Assembly: GCA_030765725.1 (NCBI GenBank)
Contig: JAVCDF010000007.1
Span: 16,682 to 80,681, forward strand
Length of the DNA: 64,000 bases
Direction: 5' to 3'
Source: Candidatus Chlorobium antarcticum
GTDB taxonomy: Bacteria > Bacteroidota > Chlorobiia > Chlorobiales > Chlorobiaceae
Under the pieces are notes generated by a model, which had not been told where the DNA came from, made no database searches, and worked only from the letters and a program-made list of their open reading frames with translations. Every line of letters starts with the position of its first letter. The first letter of the stretch is position 1. The position numbers and the translations under genes were made by a program. This document shows, piece by piece, positions 31,738 to 41,392 of the stretch.

Positions 31738-33006
31738 CTACAGACTGCTGTCGCGAAGCACCTGAACAGGTTCGAGCCGGGCGGCCCGGGCGGAAGGGAA
31801 AAAGGCGGCAAAGGTGCTGATGAACACCGTCGTGCCGATGACATAGAAAAAATAGAGTGGGTTGGTCGACATGCTGAACCCACTTTTGGTCAGCGGCCCC
31901 TGCGAGCTCTCAATGGGAATGCTGGCGAAAATGTGGATGCTGCCGATTGCCAGTAGACCACCCAAAAGGGCACCGATAAGTCCCACAAGGAACCCCTCCA
32001 GCACGAACATAGCCACAAGCTGTGAGGCAGAAAACCCGAACGACTTCATAATTGCAATGTCGCGGCTCTTCTCAAACACCGTAGTCACCAGAATATTGGC
32101 CACACCAAACCCCGACACCACCCCCACAAAAGCCACCAGCGAAAACACAATGGTGCCAATGCGCTTAAACAACGACAGCACTCCCGCATTCTCCTCCTGC
32201 CAGCTCATGCACCGATAACCAGTTACCTCCTGCAATTCGCGATTCAAGTCTGCATTCTCAAGCGGATGGCGAACCTTGAGAGCAATACCGCTCACCCTGT
32301 CGGCAGCCATCCCCTCAACAATCTGCCCCAGCTTCAGGGAAACATAAACACTGTTGTCAATCGCATTCACCCCCGAAAAGAAAATTCCCGACACCTTGCA
32401 TTGCCGGCTTTTTCCCGAAGCGGGAATAAGGGTAACCTCATCGTTCAGCTGCAGGTTCATTTCCCGCGCCACCGTTCTACCCACCAGAAGGCCGTTGGCG
32501 GTTTTGGCAAACAGCTCAACATCGCCATCAGTCAACTTTCCATTGATGCCGGTGATCACATTCTCCCGTTCAATATCAACCCCCTTCAGAAGAATCGGCT
32601 CATTGCGGTTCCCCTTCACGGCCATTACCTGCGAAGCCACAAAAGGCGAAGCGGCAAGAACCTCCCCCCGATATACCGGAGAAACAAGCAGCGAAAGCAC
32701 CTGACGATAGTTGCGCACTTCCTCCCGCTCCAGCTTTTCAATATTGTCCACAACAAACGAAGCCGCCTGGGGACGCGAAAGGGCAAGCACATTGACAGGC
32801 ACAGGGTCCATCCGCTCCCCCTTCAGCGTAATATGAGGAGCCACATTGACAATGGTCTCAATAAAAGAATCAAGCAGACCGCGCGTCAGCGAAATGGTGG
32901 TGATGAGTACCATTGTACTCACAGCAACACCAACAACGGTTGTCAGCGTCTGGCGACGGCGGCCGATAAGATGACGAAGAGCAATGGAGAACAATGTTTG
33001 AAGCAT
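31738..33006 (-). CDS. ABC transporter permease, FtsX/LolC/LolE-like
   Basis: 422 aa. It begins with a TM helix, followed by a large periplasmic domain and then the C-terminal FtsX-type 3-TM module (...AIMKSFGFS...). Confidence 0.82.
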   Translation of the reverse strand: MLQTLFSIALRHLIGRRRQTLTTVVGVAVSTMVLITTISLTRGLLDSFIETIVNVAPHITLKGERMDPVPVNVLALSRPQAASFVVDNIEKLEREEVRNYRQVLSLLVSPVYRGEVLAASPFVASQVMAVKGNRNEPILLKGVDIERENVITGINGKLTDGDVELFAKTANGLLVGRTVAREMNLQLNDEVTLIPASGKSRQCKVSGIFFSGVNAIDNSVYVSLKLGQIVEGMAADRVSGIALKVRHPLENADLNRELQEVTGYRCMSWQEENAGVLSLFKRIGTIVFSLVAFVGVVSGFGVANILVTTVFEKSRDIAIMKSFGFSASQLVAMFVLEGFLVGLIGALLGGLLAIGSIHIFASIPIESSQGPLTKSGFSMSTNPLYFFYVIGTTVFISTFAAFFPSARAARLEPVQVLRDSSL

Positions 33007-33119
33007 GGCGGCAGGCCGGGTGAGGGAGCAGAAAAGTTGTGGTATATTTTATTAAGTTATACTTTTCATGGTAAGTTATAAAAAAACAACAGCGACAGGC
33101 GCGACTCAACCCGGGCGGC

Positions 33120-34193
33120 ATGAGCACCACAATCACCAACAGCACCGCAGAGCGGAAACACAGCCATGTCGACATCTGCCTGAGGGAAGATGTTGCCTTC
33201 AGCACCCTCACCACCGGATTTGAACAGTACCGGCTGCGCCACAACGCCCTTCCCGAACTCAAATACGCCGATTTAAGCACGGAAACCGACTTTCTCGGAA
33301 AGAGAATCAGCCTCCCTCTCATGATCTCCTCCATGACCGGAGGATACAGCGAAGCCGCCGACCTCAACCGCAAACTTGCCGAAGCAGCCGAACGGTTCCA
33401 GCTTCCACTCGGCGTCGGCAGCATGCGCCAGGCGCTTGAAGAAAGCTCCCACCGCGACAGCTTCGCCGTGGTAAGACGCCACGCGCCCACAACCCAGATA
33501 TTCGCCAACATAGGCGCCCCGGAAATTGCAAAAGGACTGTCCGACAGCAACCTCCAGACCATGATTGAGCTGATCCGGGCAGACGGCCTCATCATCCATC
33601 TCAACGCCGCTCAGGAGCTTTTCCAGCCCGAAGGGGGGACAGACTTCAGGCGCGTGCTCGATGCAGTTGCCGCCATCACGGCAAAACTTCCTGTACCAGT
33701 CCTCGTCAAAGAAGTCGGCTGCGGCATCTCCGGCCCGGTCGCCCGCCAGCTTCTCAAGACGGGAGTGCAGGTGATTGATGTTGCCGGAGCAGGAGGCATC
33801 AGCTGGCAGAAAGTTGAAGAGACCCGCTACAAAAGCATGTTCGGCATTGACACACGCTTCAGCACCCAAGGGCTTGAAGAACTCCTGAACTGGGGCATCC
33901 CCACCACAGAGTGCCTCGTGGAAGTAGCAGCCCTAAGAGAGAACTCAGCCGGAACCCGACCATTTTCCATCATCGCCTCGGGAGGCATACAGAGCGGGCT
34001 CGACATCGCAAAATCAATAGCCCTCGGAGCCGACCTTGCCGCCTCCGCCGGAGCCCTTCTCAAAGCGCTTCATGCAGACACCCTCGAAGAAACCCTCACC
34101 GCATGGACAAACGACCTGCGGGCCACCATGTTCCTGACCGGATCAGCCACCATAGCGGAACTGCAGAAAAACAGACCCATAAGCAAACAATGA
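33120..34193 (+). CDS. fni: Isopentenyl-diphosphate delta-isomerase, type 2 (FMN-dependent)
   Basis: [31 protein letters not shown] and ASGGI motifs. Confidence 0.9.
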   Translation: MSTTITNSTAERKHSHVDICLREDVAFSTLTTGFEQYRLRHNALPELKYADLSTETDFLGKRISLPLMISSMTGGYSEAADLNRKLAEAAERFQLPLGVGSMRQALEESSHRDSFAVVRRHAPTTQIFANIGAPEIAKGLSDSNLQTMIELIRADGLIIHLNAAQELFQPEGGTDFRRVLDAVAAITAKLPVPVLVKEVGCGISGPVARQLLKTGVQVIDVAGAGGISWQKVEETRYKSMFGIDTRFSTQGLEELLNWGIPTTECLVEVAALRENSAGTRPFSIIASGGIQSGLDIAKSIALGADLAASAGALLKALHADTLEETLTAWTNDLRATMFLTGSATIAELQKNRPISKQ

Positions 34194-35197
34194 CCCAGAA
34201 AGCCATGACCGTAACACAGGAGCTCGTAGAAAAGAAATACAGTGAGTACCACACCAGAATCAACAACGCTCTTGGCCAGTGCTTCAGCGCCGCATCCCCC
34301 GAAACCCTCTACGCACCAGCCCGCTACATCCTTGAAGGAAAAGGAAAGCGGATCCGCCCCTTCCTCACCCTCCTTGCCTCCGAAGCAGTTTCGGGATCAT
34401 CGGACAACGCCCTGAAAGTTGCGCTTGCCGTTGAAGTTCTGCACAACTTCACCCTCATGCACGACGACATAATGGACGAAGCCGACCTCCGCCACAACCG
34501 CCCGACAGTGCACAGGGAATGGAATGCGAATGTCGCAATCCTCTCCGGCGACATGATGATAGCCTACTCCTACGAACTCGCTCTTCAGGCACAGAGCAAA
34601 CGGCACTGCGAGCTTATCCACATTCTCAACCACGCAAACATCACCATCTGCGAAGGCCAGGCGCTCGACATGGAGCTTGAAGACAAAACCGACGCCACCA
34701 TAGCCGACTACCTCGACATGATCTCCAAAAAAACCGGACGGCTCATTTCCGCAGCGCTCGAAGCAGGCGGAGTTGCCGGCGATGCAACACCCGAAGAGCT
34801 CCAGAGCTTGGTCACCTTCGGAGAGAAAATCGGCCGCGCATTCCAGATTCAGGACGACTACCTCGACATTATGGCCGAAAACGGCAAATCAGGCAAAATG
34901 GCCGGCGGCGATGTTATCAACGGAAAGAAAACCTACCTCCTTCTCCGCTCGCTCGAACTGACCAGCGGCGAAGACCACGACCTCCTGCACTCCATATACA
35001 TGAACAAAGGCATCAACAAGGAACGCGTCCCCGATGTCAAAGCCATCTTCGAACGCTGCGGCGTGCTTGAAGAAACCTCGAAACTCATCAACAGCGATAC
35101 CGAAGAGGCTCTCACCACCCTCAGCCAGCTCCCCAATGCCGAAGGGCGTGACTACCTCAGGGGATTTGCCAATATTCTGATGAAAAGGGACTTCTGA
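34190..35197 (+). CDS. Polyprenyl diphosphate synthase (geranylgeranyl/farnesyl diphosphate synthase type)
   Basis: First DDxxxxD motif [11 protein letters not shown]...RHNRPTVH and second motif [12 protein letters not shown] 34190 overlaps the fni TGA (ATGA). The upstream 93 codons of the track ORF are out-of-frame readthrough of fni. Confidence 0.88.
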   Translation: MTQKAMTVTQELVEKKYSEYHTRINNALGQCFSAASPETLYAPARYILEGKGKRIRPFLTLLASEAVSGSSDNALKVALAVEVLHNFTLMHDDIMDEADLRHNRPTVHREWNANVAILSGDMMIAYSYELALQAQSKRHCELIHILNHANITICEGQALDMELEDKTDATIADYLDMISKKTGRLISAALEAGGVAGDATPEELQSLVTFGEKIGRAFQIQDDYLDIMAENGKSGKMAGGDVINGKKTYLLLRSLELTSGEDHDLLHSIYMNKGINKERVPDVKAIFERCGVLEETSKLINSDTEEALTTLSQLPNAEGRDYLRGFANILMKRDF

Positions 35198-35205
35198 AAG
35201 GGCCT

Positions 35206-36345
35206 CTGCAGCATGACGGGAGAACACTCCTGCTCGCCCTCACCCTTATCCCCAAGGTCGGCTCTGCCCGCCTCAAAGCCCTTACCGAGGCCCACCCCGA
35301 CCTCCCCTCAATTCTCCACGCAACACCCACAAGCCTGTCACGCATACCAGGCATAGGGGAAAAGCTTGCCGCTGCAATCCACAGATTCCTCCATCAGGTA
35401 GGCTCACTGCAGGTAGCAATAGACAAGGCCGAACAGCAGCTCACCCTGCTTCACCGTCTTGGTGGAACCATGACCACCATTCTTGACCCTCTCTACCCGC
35501 CCCTTCTCCGCGAAATCTACGATCCCCCTGCGTGCCTCTTCATCCGCGGCACACTTCCCGCGCCAGAAGCTCCGGGGATTGCCGTTGTCGGCACCCGCTA
35601 CGCCTCCCAATACGGGAAAAAATGCGCCGACCTCTTCTGCAAAGCATTCGCAGAAAGAGGAATTGCCGTTTACAGCGGCCTCGCCTATGGCATCGACACC
35701 GCGGCACACAGCGCAACACTGCAGCACGGAGGCAGAACTATCGCCGTCCTTGCCGGCGGCATTGACTCCACTTACACCGACCCGCAAGGAAAACTCTGGC
35801 CCCGCATCATTGAAAACGGCGCACTGATTTCAGAAGAGTGGATAGGCTCGGAACTCACCCCCGCAAAATTCCCCAAACGGAACCGCATCATCTCCGGCAT
35901 CACCAGCGGCACCCTTGTCATTGAGTCCGACATCAAAGGAGGTTCGCTCATCACCGCCCGCAGCGCCCTTGAACAGAACCGCGAAGTCTTCGCCGTACCC
36001 GGTCCCATCTTCTCCCGAGGCTCTCGCGGAACAAACAACCTCATTGCAGAAGGAGCAGCAAAAGCGGTCACCGGCGTAGAAGAACTCATCAGCGAATTCG
36101 GCCCCGAGTTCACCCTCACACGGCCTGGCGTCACGCCTGAAACCAGCCGCCCTGCAGGCTCGTTCTCCCCCGAAGAGAGCGCCCTCCTCAACGCCATGGG
36201 CGAAGACCCCATCCATCTCGACACACTCGCCCAAACCAGCGGCATAGACTACAGCCAGCTTCTCCTTCTGCTCTTTGAGCTGGAAATGAAATCCGCCATA
36301 GAACAGCAGCCTGGCCAGTTCTATCAGAAAACCACCAGCCTCTGA
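35206..36345 (+). CDS. dprA: DNA-processing protein DprA (start codon unresolved)
   Basis: Rossmann core GIAVVGTRYASQYG...GLAYGIDTAAH...VLAGGID...FPKRNRIISG. The in-frame upstream sequence LLLALTLIPKVGSARLKALTEAHPDL... is the usual DprA N-terminal domain, yet there is no ATG, GTG or TTG between the stop at 35149-35151 and the ATG at 35470. Confidence 0.8.
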   Translation: MQHDGRTLLLALTLIPKVGSARLKALTEAHPDLPSILHATPTSLSRIPGIGEKLAAAIHRFLHQVGSLQVAIDKAEQQLTLLHRLGGTMTTILDPLYPPLLREIYDPPACLFIRGTLPAPEAPGIAVVGTRYASQYGKKCADLFCKAFAERGIAVYSGLAYGIDTAAHSATLQHGGRTIAVLAGGIDSTYTDPQGKLWPRIIENGALISEEWIGSELTPAKFPKRNRIISGITSGTLVIESDIKGGSLITARSALEQNREVFAVPGPIFSRGSRGTNNLIAEGAAKAVTGVEELISEFGPEFTLTRPGVTPETSRPAGSFSPEESALLNAMGEDPIHLDTLAQTSGIDYSQLLLLLFELEMKSAIEQQPGQFYQKTTSL

Positions 36346-37424
36346 ATCCTCCCAAGCATCCTCTCCACAGAATCTTTCACATCAACAACCTCAAGCGCAT
36401 CAATCCGCGGCCCGGGCGAAACCACCATATCACTCTCTCGACTAAGCGGCGGAAACCGGCTCATACTCTCCCGATCGTTGCGGAACAACGCTACCACCGG
36501 CACTTCGTAACAGGCCGCAATATGAACCAGAGATGTGTCGAGGCTTACTAGAAGTTTGAGACACCGAATAATCTCCCCAGCCTCAAACACATTTCCAGTC
36601 ACAGGAGTAGCAACCACATTCGGGTGCGACCCCTCAAGCACCAGTTTTTTATCACGGTCTTTCGGATCGGCAAGCACCACAAACCGCTCCCCCTTGAACG
36701 CCTGCAGCAGTTCCCCCCACTTCTCCTGCTGCCAGAACCGTTCAGCCATGGAAGCGCTGATATTGATACCAATGAAGGCACCGCACTCCATCCCCTTCAG
36801 GAATTTCCGCATCGTTTCCGACACCGGCATCGGCGGCAAATAGGGCCGGCACTCAGTACCAGACACATGCAGCACATCAAGCAGCGCGCAGTTCCGCTGC
36901 ACCACCGGGCTGAAATATTCCATAGCAATCAAGTGATCAAACAACCCCTCATGGTTCGGATGAACATGGCCCACCTTGAAGCTAGCATGAATGAGTGCTG
37001 AGTGAAGCAGGAAATTGAACGACGGAGCATCCTTCGGATTGAACAGCACATCGAACCGACGCAGAAGAACATCACGGGCATATACAAAGTAATCCCCCTT
37101 CGCGAAATGGACCCCAGTGATATTGGCGTCTCTTTTGAGAAACTCCACGATATGCCGTTTGAAGGCCACCGCATGGATTTCCATGTCAGGAAACGCCCCC
37201 TTCAAGCACCTGATTACCGGCGTCAGAAGAATCACATCACCATAGCGCTCCGAAACGAGAAACACAATTGAACGAAGCGGACCCCGAAAATTTTTTCCGG
37301 AAGTTCTTTTCCAGACAAACCTACGCAGAAGATTTACCGTCAACTGGCGGTAATATTTCTTTTTCTCTTCTTTATTCACAGCCAAACAGGGAAAAGGGGA
37401 ATGAGCCAGAAACATACACTGCAA
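36324..37424 (-). CDS. Glycosyltransferase family 9 (heptosyltransferase-like)
   Basis: GDVILLTPVIRCLKGAFPDMEIHAV...LVSLDTSLVHIAAC..PVVALF is the GT9 pattern. It is a paralog of 58699..59796. The start is uncertain. Confidence 0.8.
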   Translation of the reverse strand: MQCMFLAHSPFPCLAVNKEEKKKYYRQLTVNLLRRFVWKRTSGKNFRGPLRSIVFLVSERYGDVILLTPVIRCLKGAFPDMEIHAVAFKRHIVEFLKRDANITGVHFAKGDYFVYARDVLLRRFDVLFNPKDAPSFNFLLHSALIHASFKVGHVHPNHEGLFDHLIAMEYFSPVVQRNCALLDVLHVSGTECRPYLPPMPVSETMRKFLKGMECGAFIGINISASMAERFWQQEKWGELLQAFKGERFVVLADPKDRDKKLVLEGSHPNVVATPVTGNVFEAGEIIRCLKLLVSLDTSLVHIAACYEVPVVALFRNDRESMSRFPPLSRESDMVVSPGPRIDALEVVDVKDSVERMLGRIQRLVVF

Positions 37425-37568
37425 ATCAATATACCGCCGTTATGAGAATTACGCGTCCCCTTCAACCGGGGATATAGTTTTTAATGGCGGAATTATTACC
37501 TTTGAAGAGATATTTTCCAGTGACGGCCATAAGCCATCAAACAAAATTTCAACATAACAACGACCACG

Positions 37569-38120
37569 ATGAACCACTTCAGCGACATGATGTACAAATC
37601 TCGCCATATCCTTATGGCCGCATTGCTCACCCTCCTTTTCGCCACCCCTTCACTGCAGGCCGCTCCCGGTGCCCCAAGCAAAACTGGCGTTGTTGACTTT
37701 GCAAGAATCCTTCAGCAGATGCCCGAAGCAAAAAAAGCCGAAACAACCCTGAACACAACAGCCGAGCCCTTCAAAAAGGAACTGCAGCGCATGAACCAGG
37801 ATCTCCAGAAATCCATTGCGACCTACGGACAGGCAAGAGAGGGGATGAGCAAACAGGCCCGCGATCTCAAGGAAAAAGATTTGAACCTCAAGGCACAGGG
37901 CATGAAGAAATACGAGCAGGAAAAATTCGGCCGTGGCGGTATTGTACAGAAAAAAGAGCAGGCGCTGATAACTCCCATTCGCCAGAAACTGCTGACCGCC
38001 ATACAGGCAGTAGCCCAGAAAGAAGGGTTCAGCTTGGTGCTTGACAAACAGGCCATGATATACGGCGCAGCCGATGCTGACCTCACATTCAAGGTCATGA
38101 ACCAGCTCAACATCAAATAA
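37569..38120 (+). CDS. skp: OmpH/Skp family periplasmic chaperone
   Basis: Signal peptide ...LLTLLFATPSLQA and a K/E/Q-rich helical body with VDFARILQQMPEAKKAE. The start may be the ATG at 37590. Confidence 0.8.
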   Translation: MNHFSDMMYKSRHILMAALLTLLFATPSLQAAPGAPSKTGVVDFARILQQMPEAKKAETTLNTTAEPFKKELQRMNQDLQKSIATYGQAREGMSKQARDLKEKDLNLKAQGMKKYEQEKFGRGGIVQKKEQALITPIRQKLLTAIQAVAQKEGFSLVLDKQAMIYGAADADLTFKVMNQLNIK

Positions 38121-38159
38121 CACCGCCCAACAGAACAGGCACAGCAAGAGAAAACGGCA

Positions 38160-38747
38160 ATGGGCATCCCCATAATCCACTTTGAAAGGAATATCAGGCA
38201 TAATGCCCTTGCCGCTCTTACACTCTGCGCCCTCCTGCTCCTTCCCCCCGGCTGCACCCCGCCAAAGCCGCCCGCACAGGAATCTGACATACCAAAAATA
38301 ACCGCCGACACCCCCGTGCAGGAAAGCTGGAACATTTCCTTTTTGGTCACTGAAGAAGGAAAACGCAAATCAGAAATCCAGGCCGGCCATGTAGCAGAAT
38401 TCCGCACAAAAGGCAAAACCGAACAGCACCTCGACAAGAATGTAAGTGTCACTTTTTTTGACGACAAAGGCGCAGTTTCCTCAAGCATCAAAGCCGAACG
38501 GGCCATCATGTACGAGAATCAAGACATTGAAGCAATCGGCAATGTCGTCATCACCACCAGTGAAGGCACCATTATTAAAACCCAGTACGCCAAACGCTCC
38601 GGCGTAGACCGCAAAATCCGCTCGAACAGATTCGTAACCATCGACCGCCCAAACCAGACCATAAGCGGATACGGCTTTGAAAGCGACCAGCAGCTTAAAC
38701 ATTACCGCATCTTCCAAGGCCGGGGAGAAGGCATTCTCAAACAATAA
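38160..38747 (+). CDS. lptC: LptC-like LPS export component (lipoprotein-type N-terminus)
   Basis: Lipobox-like LLLLPPGC followed by a beta-rich body resembling LptC/OstA-like folds ([41 protein letters not shown]). The assignment is tentative. Confidence 0.6.
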   Translation: MGIPIIHFERNIRHNALAALTLCALLLLPPGCTPPKPPAQESDIPKITADTPVQESWNISFLVTEEGKRKSEIQAGHVAEFRTKGKTEQHLDKNVSVTFFDDKGAVSSSIKAERAIMYENQDIEAIGNVVITTSEGTIIKTQYAKRSGVDRKIRSNRFVTIDRPNQTISGYGFESDQQLKHYRIFQGRGEGILKQ

Positions 38748-38769
38748 CTACCGAAAGTCTGCAATTCAC

Positions 38770-39156
38770 ATGAAACTCCACCTGCTAAAATCCAAAATCC
38801 ATAACGCAATAGTCACAAGCGGCGACCTCGAATACGAAGGCAGCATCACCGTTGACAGTGAACTGCTCGAAAAAGCCGACATGATTCCCAATGAAAAAGT
38901 CCTCGTTGTCAACAACAACAACGGCGAGCGCTTTGAAACTTACATCATCAAAGGCGATCACGGCTCGCGCGTCATCCAGCTCAACGGAGCAGCCGCCCGC
39001 TGCGCACTTCCAGGCGACGAAATCATCATCATGACCTTCTGCGAACTTGAAGCCGAAGAGGCCTCCGACTTCAAACCAATGGTTCTTATTGTCGACAGAA
39101 ATAACAACCCCAAAAGCCGCCACCGGATAGGGGAAGAAGACGAACAGCTCGACTGA
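38770..39156 (+). CDS. panD: Aspartate 1-decarboxylase
   Basis: [29 protein letters not shown], including the G-S self-processing site. The track ORF start at 38677 overlaps lptC and was rejected. Confidence 0.9.
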   Translation: MKLHLLKSKIHNAIVTSGDLEYEGSITVDSELLEKADMIPNEKVLVVNNNNGERFETYIIKGDHGSRVIQLNGAAARCALPGDEIIIMTFCELEAEEASDFKPMVLIVDRNNNPKSRHRIGEEDEQLD

Positions 39157-39181
39157 CAACAACCAACCAAACCGCCACCGC

Positions 39182-39952
39182 ATGCCGCTCGTAATTGTCA
39201 TAATGGCCGGGGGAAAAGGAACCCGGATGCAGTCCGACCTCCCCAAAGTGCTTCACAAAGCCGCCGGCCGATCGCTCATTGATCATGTTATTGAAAAATC
39301 CCGATCACTGAACCCCGAAAAGATAGTGGTCATTGTCGGTCACAAAGCAGAACTCGTCACAGCAGCAGTTGCCAGCCATAATAAGGTAACCTGCGCCCTG
39401 CAGGAACCACAGCTCGGCACCGGCCACGCAGTCATGCAGGCCGAAGAACCCCTCCAAAATTTCCATGGAGAAGTACTCATCCTCTCCGGAGACGCCCCGC
39501 TCTTCACGCTTGAAACGCTCCAGAACCTCATCAGCTTCCACCGCCAAAGCAATGCCGCGGCAACCGTCCTCACCGCCGACCTGGCGGACCCAACCGGCTA
39601 CGGAAGAGTCATCCGCAAAGCCGGCACCGACAGTGTTGAAAGGATTATTGAACAGAAAGACGCAACAGAAGAAGAAAAAGCCGTCCAGGAAATCAACTCC
39701 GGTGTCTATGTCTTCAACGCCAGCACCCTCTTCGGGTCCCTCAAAGAAATCACCACCAAAAACGCCCAGAACGAATACTACCTCACTGATGTCTTCGGGG
39801 TCTGTTTCCGCAAAGGAGAACGAGTAGCCGCCTGGAAAACCCCCGACCCCGACGAAATCCACGGCATCAACACCCCCCAGCAACTAGCACACGCAGAACG
39901 CCTCCTCACCAAAAAGCAACCTCCTCAAAAAAAATATAACCACCAACAATAA
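39182..39952 (+). CDS. Sugar-phosphate nucleotidyltransferase resembling the N-terminal (uridyltransferase) half of GlmU; no LbH acetyltransferase half
   Basis: MAGGKGTRMQSDLPKVLH, LQEPQLGTGHAV, ILSGDAPL, EQKDATEEEK.V.EINSGVYVF. The ORF stops after about 256 aa with a K/Q-rich tail. Confidence 0.8.
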   Translation: MPLVIVIMAGGKGTRMQSDLPKVLHKAAGRSLIDHVIEKSRSLNPEKIVVIVGHKAELVTAAVASHNKVTCALQEPQLGTGHAVMQAEEPLQNFHGEVLILSGDAPLFTLETLQNLISFHRQSNAAATVLTADLADPTGYGRVIRKAGTDSVERIIEQKDATEEEKAVQEINSGVYVFNASTLFGSLKEITTKNAQNEYYLTDVFGVCFRKGERVAAWKTPDPDEIHGINTPQQLAHAERLLTKKQPPQKKYNHQQ

Positions 39953-39980
39953 AACAACTTAAAGTTAAGGTTAGAGTTTG

Positions 39981-40457
39981 TTACTTGCGGGAGCGGCGGG
40001 GCTTTTCTTCTGTGGAGAATGCGGGAAGTGTGGCTGTGGGGGACGCAGTGTCAAGGCCTGTGGCTGCTTTTTGGATGCCGCTGTCCTGCATGGAGTAGAA
40101 TTCAACGAGGTTGCCGTCGGGGTCCATCACAAAGAAAGCGCGGCCTTCACGGCGGTTGGATGGGCGAGTCACAATGTGGACGCCGCAATCGTCGAGGTAG
40201 GTAGCTGCTTCGTCAACATCCTGGTCTGAGGGGAGCCTGAAGCCGAAATGATCAACACGAATGTCGCGAGCCTCGGGAGTTCCGGGTGTTTCGGCCTTTA
40301 CCAGCACCAGCATGTCTGAATTGATGCGCAGATAAGTAATGTTGGCCCCTACCCTGTGGTCGAGGCCCAGTCCGAGAATATTACTGTAGAATGCTTCGGC
40401 TTCAGCGAGATCGTTGACGCGAAGCGTAATCTGATTAATTCCCGTCAGTTTCATCAT
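39981..40457 (-). CDS. VOC (glyoxalase/bleomycin resistance/dioxygenase) family protein
   Basis: INQITLRVNDLAEAEAFYSNILGL...HFGFRL...FFVMDPDGNLVEF. It overlaps the rpoZ 3' end by 23 nt. Confidence 0.8.
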   Translation of the reverse strand: MMKLTGINQITLRVNDLAEAEAFYSNILGLGLDHRVGANITYLRINSDMLVLVKAETPGTPEARDIRVDHFGFRLPSDQDVDEAATYLDDCGVHIVTRPSNRREGRAFFVMDPDGNLVEFYSMQDSGIQKAATGLDTASPTATLPAFSTEEKPRRSRK

Positions 40458-40788
40458 CTTTTTCTACTTTAACTGCCTTAGGCTCAGGCGCTTTTTCAAG
40501 AATGTAATCGTACTTATGGTCGAAATATTCCGCTACGGCACGGTGCGAAGCTTTTTCGCGGGTCTCATAATCAAGGCTGATAGCAATCTGCTCGGGAAAC
40601 ACCCTGTCGGATTCCGACTCGCTGCTGGGATTGCGGATCATCTCCTTGTAAGGAAGCAGCTTCTCTTCAAGCTCAACCCTCTCTTCCTCATGCATTTTCT
40701 TTGCCTTTTTTGAAATAGCAACCACAGTCTCGTAGAGATTGCCATGGGCGCTTCTCAGCTTGTTCAAATCTATAGGTTTAACAGGCAT
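40435..40788 (-). CDS. rpoZ: DNA-directed RNA polymerase subunit omega
   Basis: GNLYETVVAISKKAKKM matches the Bacteroidota/Chlorobiota-type omega motif. It lies immediately downstream of gmk, which is the conserved order. Confidence 0.75.
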   Translation of the reverse strand: MPVKPIDLNKLRSAHGNLYETVVAISKKAKKMHEEERVELEEKLLPYKEMIRNPSSESESDRVFPEQIAISLDYETREKASHRAVAEYFDHKYDYILEKAPEPKAVKVEKDDETDGN

Positions 40789-40800
40789 CGCTCTGGTAAT

Positions 40801-41385
40801 TTACTTAGTTGAAAGAAAACTTCTGATGGCCTCACTCACGGCATCAACCGTCTCATCAAGTGAGTCATTGACAAAAACCGCATCAAACCGGTCGGCATAC
40901 TCAAGCTCAAGTGCTGCACGCTGAAGGCGCAGATTCAGACTTGCCTCATCCTCACTTCCCCTTCCCTGCAGGCGTTCTTTAAGAACCTCCATGCTCGGAG
41001 GGCGAATAAACACAAGCAGCGAGTTGCCGGGAAAAAGCTTTTTCAGGTTCAGAGCCCCCTTCACATCAAGGTCAAGCAGAAGATGTCGCCCCTCATTCAC
41101 GGCCTCACTGGTTTTCTCAAGGAGAGTACCATAATGGTTGCCGAAAAAGAACTCGTGCTCAATAAAACCACCGCTTTGGACCAAGTCATCAAACGCCTCA
41201 ACGGAAAGAAAATGGTAGTTCACCCCATCCACTTCGCCCGGCCGCATATTGCGGGTTGTAGCCGAAATCGAAAACTGCAGTTCATGCAGCTTTCGCATAA
41301 CCTGTTGTGCTATGGTGGACTTGCCTGTTCCTGAAGGCGCTGAAAAAACCACCAGCTTTCCCCGCTGTTTCTGCTCTTCAGCCAT
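40801..41385 (-). CDS. gmk: Guanylate kinase
   Basis: P-loop FSAPSGTGKST, SATTR..R.GE..G..Y.F. Confidence 0.92.
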   Translation of the reverse strand: MAEEQKQRGKLVVFSAPSGTGKSTIAQQVMRKLHELQFSISATTRNMRPGEVDGVNYHFLSVEAFDDLVQSGGFIEHEFFFGNHYGTLLEKTSEAVNEGRHLLLDLDVKGALNLKKLFPGNSLLVFIRPPSMEVLKERLQGRGSEDEASLNLRLQRAALELEYADRFDAVFVNDSLDETVDAVSEAIRSFLSTK

Positions 41386-41392
41386 AACGACT

